Positions 29,724 to 38,626 of a stretch of 64,000 nt of DNA are shown here, one piece after another. Both the position numbers and the translations under genes were made by a program. The notes beneath the pieces are model-generated. The model saw nothing but the letters and a program-made list of their open reading frames with translations. It had not been told where the DNA came from and did no database searches. This DNA is from an uncultured Thiotrichaceae bacterium. GTDB lineage: Bacteria; Pseudomonadota; Gammaproteobacteria; SZUA-229. How positions within the stretch are numbered: position 1 is the stretch's first letter; every line of letters starts with the position of its first letter. The stretch is from positions 225,662 through 289,661 of the forward strand of contig CAYTUK010000001.1 in assembly GCA_964441285.1 (NCBI GenBank), written 5' to 3'.

Positions 29724-30071
29724 CTATCTGCTGCCACCACATTTACCTTCTGTCCCTGCTTTCTTCTCCAGTTCTTCTATTTTTTTTGCGCCGCGTTTGC
29801 CTTCTTTCTCCAGTTTTCCTATTGTTTTTGCGCCGCATTTTCCTTCTTCTTTTGCTTTAACTTTCTTTACCATGAATTTGCCACCACATTTGCCTTCTTT
29901 TATTTTATTTGCACCACATTTGGCATCTGCCAGTTGTATATAACCGCTATGAAGGTTCTGTATACCAAATGGATTCGTGTCTGCGTGAGCTATTGGAGTG
30001 CCCGTTATGGCGGCAACAAATGTTGCACTCATAGCAATAGACAGAGATTTTTTTATAGCTACTTTTGACAT
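29724..30071 (-). CDS. Secreted Lys-rich protein with Cys-Gly repeats (AKCG, 3x EGKCG, 1x EGKRG); candidate MNIO substrate/metallophore precursor
   Basis: The ORF 29724-30152 is trimmed to the ATG at 30071, which is preceded by GGAG. It encodes MSKVAIKKSLSIAMSATFVAAITGTPIAHA (signal peptide) followed by the repeats. Confidence 0.75.
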   Translation of the reverse strand: MSKVAIKKSLSIAMSATFVAAITGTPIAHADTNPFGIQNLHSGYIQLADAKCGANKIKEGKCGGKFMVKKVKAKEEGKCGAKTIGKLEKEGKRGAKKIEELEKKAGTEGKCGGSR

Positions 30072-30212
30072 CGGTTTTTCTCCAGGATATTTTGTTTTCA
30101 CCCAGATAGGGTGACTGAGTGCACAAGGCGCACAGTACGTAAAGACCGGCATAAAATCTGGAAGTTCAGTTGGTAGGTATAAAAAAGCGAGTAGATTTAG
30201 TGATTAGCAGGG

Positions 30213-30644
30213 TCATTTTTTATGGATTAATGTCTGTAGACAACGTATATATGCATCTTCATCAGGTGCCGTTTGATTGCGCTGTGCCTGCCAGATCGAT
30301 TTACCCAGGCAATCCATCATTTTATGTTCGGCTTTATGGGCGCTAGCCTGTTGCTGGCAGAGTTTTTGATAAAGAGTATTAATGCCTGCAGGTCGATTGA
30401 TGCTTAGCTGTTCATGCAGGGCAATATGCATACTTATGTGGAGAAATGGATTGTTTTCACCACTTTCGATGGAAAAATCTTTCTCTAATGACGCTTTATT
30501 TTCAAATAGATGATGGTATTCGGGATGTGATTCAATAATAGTCAGGATGACTTTTTGCATTGCATCAGGTGCTTGTCCGGTTTTTTTTAGCTGCCAGCTG
30601 TCAAAGAAAACTTGCCTGAGCTGTTTACGGTTATTGCCAAACAT
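30213..30644 (-). CDS. DUF1841-family protein
   Basis: 143-aa ORF with RQVFFDSWQLKK...IIESHPEYHHLF...NPFLHISMHIALHEQL. Confidence 0.7.
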   Translation of the reverse strand: MFGNNRKQLRQVFFDSWQLKKTGQAPDAMQKVILTIIESHPEYHHLFENKASLEKDFSIESGENNPFLHISMHIALHEQLSINRPAGINTLYQKLCQQQASAHKAEHKMMDCLGKSIWQAQRNQTAPDEDAYIRCLQTLIHKK

Positions 30645-30706
30645 ATCTGTTTAGAAATGAAAGAAAATAATGGTGGTTAACAGTAGGCTGATATTTCGTT
30701 AATAAA

Positions 30707-31507
30707 CTATTCATTAACTACTTTCTCGGGTGTCGATGAGCCTGTATAAGTAGCAGTTTTACTGGTGTTCTGTTGTTTATTTACTTCGGTTGTTGCTGGC
30801 CTGGGTAGCGATGTTGTGACAGTAGCCACTTTTTTTACATAAGGTTTTAGTAATCGACTATAAATCCAGCCGATGGTTTGTTTGTCTGATGGGCTATCAA
30901 TAATACCAACCTGACTCCAGTTACCCTGTTTGTGTAACTGAATAACGCGGTGATTTTTTGCTAATCGGGTGATAATTCTACCTTTGAGTGAGGGTGCTTG
31001 TCTGACATTGACCCGGTGAGTTCTTATCTGTAATTGAGGGCCGAATAGTTTGCCATGTTGATTAATCAGTTGTTGTTTACGCCCTTGAATAGCCTTGTCA
31101 TTACGCATTAACATCGAACGTAATATAACATTGGCTTCGTTATGCTTATCCGCTGTAGCAAGCAGGTAATAATCAACGGCTTTGGTGAGATTTTTACTTA
31201 TTGGGCCTTCGCCCTGATTGTATAGCATAGCGATTGAAAAACTGGCATCGGTATTGCCCTGTTCCGAAGCTTTTATCCACCACTCAAGCGCTAAATTATC
31301 GTTCACCCGTAGGCCGTATCCATTATGGTACATCCACCCAATGGTGTATTGCGCTTCGTTATTACCTGCTTGTGCCAACGGTTTTAACTGGCAATAGGCT
31401 TCAGCATAATCACCTAGCCGCATCGCGGTGGCAGCATCGCCAAGTTCATTACTAAACGTTGCAGTAGAGACTAAAAAAAGTGATATGGTCAGTAATGTTT
31501 TTATCAA
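30707..31507 (-). CDS. Secreted Sel1-repeat protein with a C-terminal SH3-like domain
   Basis: The ORF-track start at 31639 overlaps the gshA 3' end and a repeat element. A TTG at 31507 gives the signal peptide MIKTLLTISLFLVSTATFS. Sel1 repeats: AQAGNNEAQYTIGWMYHNGYGL, ASEQGNTDASFSIAMLYNQGEG. SH3-like region: VNVRQAPSLKGRIITRL. Confidence 0.75.
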   Translation of the reverse strand: MIKTLLTISLFLVSTATFSNELGDAATAMRLGDYAEAYCQLKPLAQAGNNEAQYTIGWMYHNGYGLRVNDNLALEWWIKASEQGNTDASFSIAMLYNQGEGPISKNLTKAVDYYLLATADKHNEANVILRSMLMRNDKAIQGRKQQLINQHGKLFGPQLQIRTHRVNVRQAPSLKGRIITRLAKNHRVIQLHKQGNWSQVGIIDSPSDKQTIGWIYSRLLKPYVKKVATVTTSLPRPATTEVNKQQNTSKTATYTGSSTPEKVVNE

Positions 31508-31542
31508 TGTCGGGTAACCTCTTTTAAGCGGAGCAGGCGAAT

Positions 31543-31577
31543 AATGGGTATCCTTTTCATCTGTACTGTTCGTAAAT
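31543..31577. repeat. Solo end-fragment of the MITE-like repeat (copy F)
   Basis: aatgggtatccttttcatctgtactgttcgtaaat, located between gshA and the Sel1 gene. Confidence 0.55.
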
Positions 31578-31595
31578 AACCGGTTCTTAAACAAT

Positions 31596-33176
31596 TCATG
31601 CTTTTGAACGAATATAATATTGCAACAGGTAATCATCAAAATTCAGAGTGTCTGCGGTTTCTATCTGCTGCTGCTTTATTGTCGAATTTCTGGCGAGCTG
31701 CTCAAACAGCTTAATTTTTTCTTCAGAAAGGGTCTGTTTTTTGTAATACGTAGAGTGGTGTTGGGACATTCGTTTTGCGTAATGGTAAAAACCTTCATCA
31801 TAGCCTCTCATCTCTGCCAGCATTCTTGCTGAAGGTGTCAGTGTTGGGTCATAGACGCTGGCAATTTGCGATTTTACGCTGGAAAAATAGTTTTCGCAGA
31901 AATTGGCCTGGTCAAGTAACGAGGATACGGCTTTCATTTCATTACACAACTCCCCTGCCCATTGTTGCAGATTGATCGTTTCGTTATCGCGTTGCAGTGC
32001 CAGATCAGGCTTGCGACCCTGGTGTGCAACCAGTAATAAATTATGGTCAATGGCATTAACTGCATTTTTATTGAGTTGAGGGCTGTTTTGTAATAAGCAG
32101 AACAACATGAATACTTCAAGAAAGTGCAGTTGTTCAGCATTGATGCCGTGCGGATCAAAGACGTTCACGTCCAATGAGCGCAGTTCAATATAGGCAATGC
32201 CACGTTTTTTTAGCGCAATAGCGGGCGATTCATCGGTCTGTAAAAGTTGTTTAGGCCGGACGGTACTATAATATTCATTTTCAATTTGCAGAATATTGGC
32301 GTTTAACTGGTGGTACTCTCCATTAACTTTGACACCAATTTTTTTATAACCAGAGTAGGGTGTATTGATAGCGCACTGCAAACTTTCTGCATAGCTGGCA
32401 ACAGAATCGTAACAGGCTTTAATTCCAGCAAGATCCTCTTTATTATTTTGATAACCAATATTGCCAAGCCGCAATGAGGTGGCATAAGGTTCAAAATACG
32501 TGTTGACATTAAATTCCTTAAGCTGCGTTTTTTTACCATTAAGAAAAGATTTGCATACTGCGGGTGAGGCACCAAATAGATAGGGGACCAACCAGCCATA
32601 ACGTAACAGGTTTCTTACCAGCCCCATTGAGCGTTCAGAGATAAAATCCTGTAAAGAGTGGGTGTCTTTCTCCCGTTGTTGGAAACTGGACCAAAATGGT
32701 GTGGAAAAGGAGTAATTAAAATGTACGCCGGCAATTACCTGCATGGCGCGACCATAGCGTAGACCAAGCCCTCGCCGATAGGCTGTTTTCATCTGTGCGG
32801 CATTAGAACTTCCATACTGTGCCAGTGGAATACTGGTTTCACCAGCAACCACGCAGGGCATGCTGGTCGCCCACAAAATTTCATTATCAAGGTGACGGTA
32901 GATAAAATGCTGAATATCATCCAGTGATTGAATAACTGCATTGATTGAATCGCAGGGCGGGGTAATTAATTCTGCCAGCGCTTCAGAAAAATCAGTGGTG
33001 ATCATGGGGTTGGTGAGCATGGAACCCCATGCCTCTGGCGAGGGATGCTGTGAAATGCTACCTTCAGGTGAAACTCGCAGGCTCTCTTTCTCCAGACCTA
33101 TCTTTGAACCGGCCAGAGTTTCCTGTTTCCCCGACTCGGTAAGATGAGTCAGGCGTTGGTGGAGTAAATCGTACAC
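31596..33176 (-). CDS. gshA: Glutamate-cysteine ligase
   Basis: 526-aa ORF, colinear with E. coli GshA as I recall it: GLEKESLRV, ITTDFSEALAELITPP, MPCV, YRRGLGLRYG. Confidence 0.92.
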   Translation of the reverse strand: MYDLLHQRLTHLTESGKQETLAGSKIGLEKESLRVSPEGSISQHPSPEAWGSMLTNPMITTDFSEALAELITPPCDSINAVIQSLDDIQHFIYRHLDNEILWATSMPCVVAGETSIPLAQYGSSNAAQMKTAYRRGLGLRYGRAMQVIAGVHFNYSFSTPFWSSFQQREKDTHSLQDFISERSMGLVRNLLRYGWLVPYLFGASPAVCKSFLNGKKTQLKEFNVNTYFEPYATSLRLGNIGYQNNKEDLAGIKACYDSVASYAESLQCAINTPYSGYKKIGVKVNGEYHQLNANILQIENEYYSTVRPKQLLQTDESPAIALKKRGIAYIELRSLDVNVFDPHGINAEQLHFLEVFMLFCLLQNSPQLNKNAVNAIDHNLLLVAHQGRKPDLALQRDNETINLQQWAGELCNEMKAVSSLLDQANFCENYFSSVKSQIASVYDPTLTPSARMLAEMRGYDEGFYHYAKRMSQHHSTYYKKQTLSEEKIKLFEQLARNSTIKQQQIETADTLNFDDYLLQYYIRSKA

Positions 33177-33196
33177 AGGATATTTCCGCTTTTTAA

Positions 33197-34420
33197 TTAA
33201 TCCAGTACATGTGATACCAGCCCATCAGCCAGTTTTGGTTCAAACCAGGTGGACTTTGGTGGCATCACTTCACCCGCATCGGCAACGGCCATTAATGCTT
33301 CCATGCTGGTTGGGAACAGTGAAAATGCAATCGCCATTTCACCGCTGTTAACCCGTTTTTCCAGTTCACCCAGGCCTCGAATACCACCAATAAAATCAAT
33401 TCGATTATCGGTGCGTGGATCAGAAATACCTAATACAGGTTCAATCAGGTTATTTGCCAGCAAGCTCACATCCAGTGATTCTACTGGATCAGCAGGAATC
33501 AGTTCGGGGTGAAGATTCAGACGATACCATTGTCCATCCAGGTACATACCAAACTCGGTGGTTTTGGCTGGATGTACTTCAGCAGATTCAGCCTGAATAT
33601 TAAATGCTAGCTTCACCTTTGTCAGCATATCTGCCTTGGTCAAACCATTCAGATCAGTGATAACCCGATTATAATCCAGGATATTCATCTGGTTGTGTGG
33701 ATAAATGACGGCGAGAAAATAATCGCTATTCTGGTTACCATCACCGCCTTTCGTTTTGGCAATGCGCGAGGCAGAAGCCGAACGATGATGGCCATCAGCA
33801 ATATAAATCGCCGCCATTTTATCAAATCCGCTGGTGATTTTATTAATGGTCTCCTCGTCATCAATTTTCCAGAAGGTATGTTGCACCTCATCGTCGGCAG
33901 TAACGTCCACCAACGGTTCTGTGGTAGTGGTTTGCTCCAGTATGGCATCTATATCTGCCTGTGATTTGTAGGCGAGCAGTACTGGGCCGGTCTGTGCATT
34001 TAACGCTTCAATTTGGCGAACTCGGTCATCTTCTTTTGCCGGACGGGTAAACTCATGTTTGCGAATTCGGTTACTGTTGTAATCGACAACCGAGGCGGTG
34101 GCAACCAGTCCGGTTTGTGAATGCCCATTCATAATTAAACGGTAAACGTAATAACAGTCCTTATTTTCACGCATCAAAATGCCTGCATCGCGCATTTTAC
34201 GCAAATTCTCTGCCGATTTTTCATACACTGCGGGAGCGTACGGGCTGGTTGCTTCCGGCAGGTCGATTTCGGCTTTGGAAATATGTAGAAAGCTCCACGG
34301 GCGACCTTTAACACGCTCGCGTGCTTCAGCAGAATTTAGTACATCATAAGGCGGGGCGACAACTTCTTTAGCCCGTTCAGGAACAGGGCGCAGACCGGCA
34401 AAAGGGCGGATTAAGGGCAT
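33197..34420 (-). CDS. DUF1015-family protein
   Basis: 407-aa ORF. MPLIRPFAGLRPVPERAKEVVAPPYDVLNSAEAR and IADGHHR are family hallmarks. Confidence 0.85.
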   Translation of the reverse strand: MPLIRPFAGLRPVPERAKEVVAPPYDVLNSAEARERVKGRPWSFLHISKAEIDLPEATSPYAPAVYEKSAENLRKMRDAGILMRENKDCYYVYRLIMNGHSQTGLVATASVVDYNSNRIRKHEFTRPAKEDDRVRQIEALNAQTGPVLLAYKSQADIDAILEQTTTTEPLVDVTADDEVQHTFWKIDDEETINKITSGFDKMAAIYIADGHHRSASASRIAKTKGGDGNQNSDYFLAVIYPHNQMNILDYNRVITDLNGLTKADMLTKVKLAFNIQAESAEVHPAKTTEFGMYLDGQWYRLNLHPELIPADPVESLDVSLLANNLIEPVLGISDPRTDNRIDFIGGIRGLGELEKRVNSGEMAIAFSLFPTSMEALMAVADAGEVMPPKSTWFEPKLADGLVSHVLD

Positions 34421-34510
34421 GGTGGTTCTCGTATGATTAGCTTCTGTGGTTTAAATATGGCGCGATTATACAATGACATGTCGCCTGACATCAGTATTTA
34501 ACGTTGATTT

Positions 34511-34632
34511 ATTACTGAAACAGACAAAAAGGCGACTATTGTTCAAGACACGCGGTAAATACTTCCATCTAAGCTCAACACCCGCATCCCTGCGGCTAAT
34601 GGTCTTGAACAATAGGTCGCCTTTTTATCCAT
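34511..34632. repeat. MITE-like repeat, full copy B
   Basis: attactgaaacagacaaaaaggcgactattgttcaagacacgcgg...cccgcatccctgcggctaatggtcttgaacaataggtcgcctttttatcc. The terminal arms of about 35 bp are inverted repeats of each other. Confidence 0.85.
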
Positions 34633-34685
34633 CTTTTTAGTCCCTTTAGATTAATGTTCGGGCGGTTTTTTCAAAGCGCATTTTT

Positions 34686-35606
34686 TTATGGTAGCTTGCT
34701 GGTTTTGCAAAGGTCTGTAGTGGCTTCAAACTGAAAGGTGGTGTGGTTAATTTTAAATTTATTATGCAGGAGATCTTCAAGTTGTTCTCTTAATGTTGCA
34801 ATTTGACTTAGTGGCTGGTCATTAACGGTAATATGGCCTTCAAAATGAATATCTGTTTCAGAAAGTGGCCATAGATGAATATGATGCACATTAGCAATAC
34901 CGGGATATTGGTGGATGACCTGCCTGATTTCATTTGTATCCAGGTCGGATGGTACTGCCAGCATAAAAATGTTTAGTGTCCGCCAGAGTATGGATAGGCT
35001 TTCTTTTAGCACATAAAGCCCGATTAACACGGTGAGTAAAGGGTCAATCCAGTAAATATGGAAGACCATAATTGCGAGGCCACCCAGAATGACACCAACA
35101 CTGGAAATAGCATCTGAAAAAAGATGTAAATACACGGCCCGCAGATTCATGCTGTGTTTTGCACCACGATGCAATAACCAGGTGCCGATAATGTTCGCAA
35201 GCAGACCAATGGTTGCCACCAGTGTCATAATGTTGCCGGCTACCGGTTCCGGGTGCAGAGTGTGTTTCCATGCTTCAAAAAACAGGTAAATACTAATGGC
35301 AATCAGTGTGCCTGCATTAATCACCGCAGCCAATACTTCTGCACGCTTTAAACCAAAAGTATAACGGTCATTACGAGGCAGGGTGCGTAGTTTAATGGCA
35401 ATCCAGGCAATAATCACAGCAATACCATCACTAAAATTATGTAATGCGTCGGATAATAGCGACAGACTGCCAGACATTAAGCCACCGATAATTTCTGTAA
35501 TGGTGATGATAAAATTTAGCACAACGACAATAGCGAGCCGCTTCCCTGATTCGGGCATTGAATGGGAATGGGAATGGCCGTGGCCGTGAGAATGATTGTG
35601 TGACAT
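34686..35606 (-). CDS. Cation diffusion facilitator (CzcD/ZitB-like) divalent metal exporter
   Basis: 306-aa ORF with a His-rich N-terminus (MSHNHSHGHGHSHSHS), 6 TM helices, HNFSD and HLFSD motifs. Confidence 0.88.
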   Translation of the reverse strand: MSHNHSHGHGHSHSHSMPESGKRLAIVVVLNFIITITEIIGGLMSGSLSLLSDALHNFSDGIAVIIAWIAIKLRTLPRNDRYTFGLKRAEVLAAVINAGTLIAISIYLFFEAWKHTLHPEPVAGNIMTLVATIGLLANIIGTWLLHRGAKHSMNLRAVYLHLFSDAISSVGVILGGLAIMVFHIYWIDPLLTVLIGLYVLKESLSILWRTLNIFMLAVPSDLDTNEIRQVIHQYPGIANVHHIHLWPLSETDIHFEGHITVNDQPLSQIATLREQLEDLLHNKFKINHTTFQFEATTDLCKTSKLP

Positions 35607-35852
35607 AGCTTATTTAATTCCTCTTCGATACGGAGTCGGTACAGTAATACTTCGATCTTTTTGTGCGGGCTCAAATAAAAATAGAATCGGGTGTTGACGG
35701 CGGGTCATCGCGATAATCCTCTGTTCATGTACCATGTATTATTATAAACAATTCATCCTTATACAATATGAAGATACAATATTATCTGTCCTGTTAGTAA
35801 GATTAACGGGGCAGCAGTGGTAGGCTTTAATAAAATAAGAGGTTTATAAGGG

Positions 35853-36272
35853 ATGGAATTTTTTGCCGAGATAGAAAATACTCGCCTGGATAGCAACGGG
35901 TTAAAGACATTATTAAGCCTGGAGAATTTGCCTCTGTTGTGTGATTCAATTGATTCAGTTCTTCTGGATGAACGGGAAAATGGGGTTATTTACTGTGTCT
36001 GGGGTGAACATAAAATTACTCGTACAGAGTTAAAACAGGGGGTTCGGTTTTCATTAAATAATTGTCCTAATGCACTGGCGTGGTCAATAACCACGGATAC
36101 TCAAAAGATGCACGAGAATGGTTTGGAAAATAGCTATCCTGTTGTTATTCATTGCACCATTAATACAGAGAAGCATGAGGAGGACTTTATTGAGTCCATT
36201 CATGCTTTTATCAGTAGCTGGGTAACAGGGATAACTGCCGTATTAGAAAAGCAACGCTCAGTTGAGCAGTAA
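35853..36272 (+). CDS. Hypothetical protein
   Basis: 139-aa ORF divergent from the CDF gene. No family recognised. Confidence 0.45.
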   Translation: MEFFAEIENTRLDSNGLKTLLSLENLPLLCDSIDSVLLDERENGVIYCVWGEHKITRTELKQGVRFSLNNCPNALAWSITTDTQKMHENGLENSYPVVIHCTINTEKHEEDFIESIHAFISSWVTGITAVLEKQRSVEQ

Positions 36273-36364
36273 ACCATCGTACCCTGACATAATCAGTGGA
36301 ATATTGCGGATCAAATCAGGCTGGATAGCGTACCTTTCATTAAGCCGGCATTGTTCCTGATTGT

Positions 36365-36592
36365 TTATGATGGACAACCAGACTGCTTATCTCGGATGCC
36401 GATAGCATATAATATTTTTGTTGCGGGACAAAACCCGGTAAACCCCATCTGAAATAAATTGGCACCAACGAAAAAAGTTAGCCATAACCAGCTTATATGG
36501 AATAAGTTAATTTGACCGGTAAGGTGTGCCACAACCAGACTGCCCATAATAATGGTGCCAGCGAATACACCAACTGCGCTAAATAGTTTCAT
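36365..36592 (-). CDS. DUF2892 (YgaP-like) small membrane protein
   Basis: 75-aa ORF with two TM helices and the [10 protein letters not shown] motif. Confidence 0.7.
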   Translation of the reverse strand: MKLFSAVGVFAGTIIMGSLVVAHLTGQINLFHISWLWLTFFVGANLFQMGFTGFCPATKILYAIGIRDKQSGCPS

Positions 36593-36689
36593 TTTTTCTC
36601 CTGATTAATTATTGATCGTGATGAACTTGTTTGGGAAGTATTCGGTATAAATAACGGCTTGCCCGTGAGGGCAGATGGTTAGCGTTATT

Positions 36690-37808
36690 TTATGTCAATC
36701 TAACTGGGCAACATTGCTCCTGGCTTTCAATGCCCTGGCGTTGTTCATACCAGCCAGCTGTTGCATTAACCACGCGAACCACCAGTAACATCACCGGAAC
36801 TTCGACTAATACCCCAACTACGGTTGCCAGCGCTGCACCGGATTTAAAACCAAACAGTGAAATGGCCGTTGCTACCGCCAGTTCAAAAAAGTTGCTGGCA
36901 CCAATCAATGCGGAAGGTCCAGCAATGCAGCGGGGTGATTTTACAACACGATTAAGGAGATAAGCCAGTGAAGAATTAAATAATACCTGAATTAGAATGG
37001 GTATAGCCAGCAGTAGAATAATAAACGGGTGTTTGAAAAACTGGTTCCCCTGAAAACCAAATAAGAGGATCAGCATTACCAGCAGTGCGCACAGCGACCA
37101 GGGGTGTAATACGTTTAAGGTATGCTCCAGTTTCTGTTGGCCATTATTGCCATTGAGTAAAATTCGGCGTATGGCGCTGGCGATTACCAATGGTACTATA
37201 ATGTAGAGTAAAACAGATAACAGTAAAGTGTTCCAGGGTATAACAATGGATGACAGGCCAAGTAATAAGGCAACAATGGGCGCAAATGCAAAGACCATAA
37301 TGATGTCATTCAGTGCAACCTGTGACAGGGTGAAATGAGGTTCGCCATTGGCGAGGTTACTCCACACAAAAACCATCGCTGTACAGGGCGCTGCTGCCAG
37401 CAGAATTAAGCCAGCAATGTAGCTGTCAAGCTGACCCTGTGGCAACCAGTGACGAAATAAATAACCAATAAACAACCAGGCCAGCAATGCCATCGAGAAT
37501 GGTTTGACTAGCCAGTTAATAACCAGGGTGACACCCATGCCGCGCCAGTGTTTCCCCACATTTTTGAGCGCTTTTAGATCAATTTTAAGTAACATCGGAA
37601 TAATCATTAGCCAGATTAATAGCGCAACTGGCAGGTTGATCTGCGCTACCTCCAAATGGCCGATGGTTTGAAAGAGTTGAGGGATTAAGTGTCCCAGGCC
37701 TATGCCTGCGACAATGCAAAGTACTACCCACAATGTCAGGTAACGCTCAAAAAAACCTATATTTGTACTGCTGGCTTTTTTAGGGGTGATTTTATGTTGA
37801 ATAGACAT
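36690..37808 (-). CDS. acr3: ACR3-family arsenite efflux permease
   Basis: 372-aa polytopic ORF with FERYLTLWV, MIIPMLLKIDLKAL and LVINWLVKPF, located downstream of arsR and arsC. Confidence 0.88.
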   Translation of the reverse strand: MSIQHKITPKKASSTNIGFFERYLTLWVVLCIVAGIGLGHLIPQLFQTIGHLEVAQINLPVALLIWLMIIPMLLKIDLKALKNVGKHWRGMGVTLVINWLVKPFSMALLAWLFIGYLFRHWLPQGQLDSYIAGLILLAAAPCTAMVFVWSNLANGEPHFTLSQVALNDIIMVFAFAPIVALLLGLSSIVIPWNTLLLSVLLYIIVPLVIASAIRRILLNGNNGQQKLEHTLNVLHPWSLCALLVMLILLFGFQGNQFFKHPFIILLLAIPILIQVLFNSSLAYLLNRVVKSPRCIAGPSALIGASNFFELAVATAISLFGFKSGAALATVVGVLVEVPVMLLVVRVVNATAGWYEQRQGIESQEQCCPVRLT

Positions 37809-37813
37809 GCGGG

Positions 37814-38069
37814 TTATGCTCTCTTTGTCTGGTTTAAACGGAATAATAAATTTTCAACTCGGCATTTAATTTCGTCGCGGCTATTTTGAAATGTCTATCC
37901 CAGCAGCTTTCATTATTGCAATTGCGTGTGGGTTCTTACCGTGGTTTTCGATACCGGCAGACTGGATATTAAAGCATGGTCTGCTCAGGTATTTGGCCCA
38001 GCCTTCTGCCATTTGAGAGCGACAGGAATTGCCGGTGCATAAAAATAAAATATTAAAGGGTTTTTTCAT
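37814..38069 (-). pseudogene. arsC: LMW-PTP-type arsenate reductase arsC with an internal deletion/frameshift
   Basis: The N-terminal 62 codons ([18 protein letters not shown]5R loop) end at a stop at 37881. A different frame (37879-37814) reads RDEIKCRVENLLFRLNQTKRA*, which looks like an ArsC C-terminus. Roughly 50-60 central codons are missing. Confidence 0.7.
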
Positions 38070-38078
38070 AAGAGCAAC

Positions 38079-38432
38079 CTAAGAACAGCATATCAGCCCT
38101 GGTCGATTTGCCATTTTATCGAGCATCTTTCTATCGGAGATAAAAGGTTCGGTTTTGCGTATGCCATTGAGTGTGGTCTGGAGAATTTCCAGTACCCAGC
38201 CCTGTAGGTTAGGATTGATGCGGTAATTCATCCAGGTGCCATTTCGCCTGGCGATAAGTAAGCCGGCCTCACGTAGATGTGCCAGATGGCGCGAAATTTT
38301 TGGTTGTGACAGATTGAGTGCATGGGTGAGTTCACAGACGCATAGCTCGCCTTCGGCTTGCATTAACATCAGGCAGCGCAAGCGAGTACTGTCTGCCAGC
38401 ATTTTAAAAAAAATATCGGTTTCATTTAGCAT
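38079..38432 (-). CDS. arsR: ArsR/SmtB-family metalloregulator
   Basis: 117-aa ORF with LADSTRLRCLMLM, the metal-site motif ELCVCEL, and LSQPKISRHLAHLREAGL. Confidence 0.9.
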   Translation of the reverse strand: MLNETDIFFKMLADSTRLRCLMLMQAEGELCVCELTHALNLSQPKISRHLAHLREAGLLIARRNGTWMNYRINPNLQGWVLEILQTTLNGIRKTEPFISDRKMLDKMANRPGLICCS

Positions 38433-38440
38433 GGGTATTA

Positions 38441-38492
38441 ATATACGTTATTCCATATATATTGTAAAGAATATATATGGAATAACGTATAT
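38441..38492. promoter_or_regulatory. Perfect 23-bp inverted repeat (6-bp spacer) in the arsR / cytochrome-propeller divergent promoter region; candidate operator
   Basis: The arm 38441-38463 (atatacgttattccatatatatt) is the exact reverse complement of 38470-38492. It begins 9 bp upstream of the arsR start codon. Confidence 0.6.
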
Positions 38493-38626
38493 ATTGAGTC
38501 TGTAATGACACTAATCAGTGTGCCAATAGAGAAAAGTCTTGAAAATATAGGCGAGTGAATGGTATAAAACAGTTCTTCAATCTTCACCGGAAGTCGCCAA
38601 CAAGCCAGAAAGTAGCAGGAGAGTTA

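Noticed and set aside
31508-31639. N-terminal extension of the Sel1/SH3 ORF (MMITCCNIIFVQKHELF...)
   Set aside because: It overlaps the 3' end of gshA and a solo repeat fragment. A TTG at 31507 gives a clean signal peptide, so the extension is most likely not translated.
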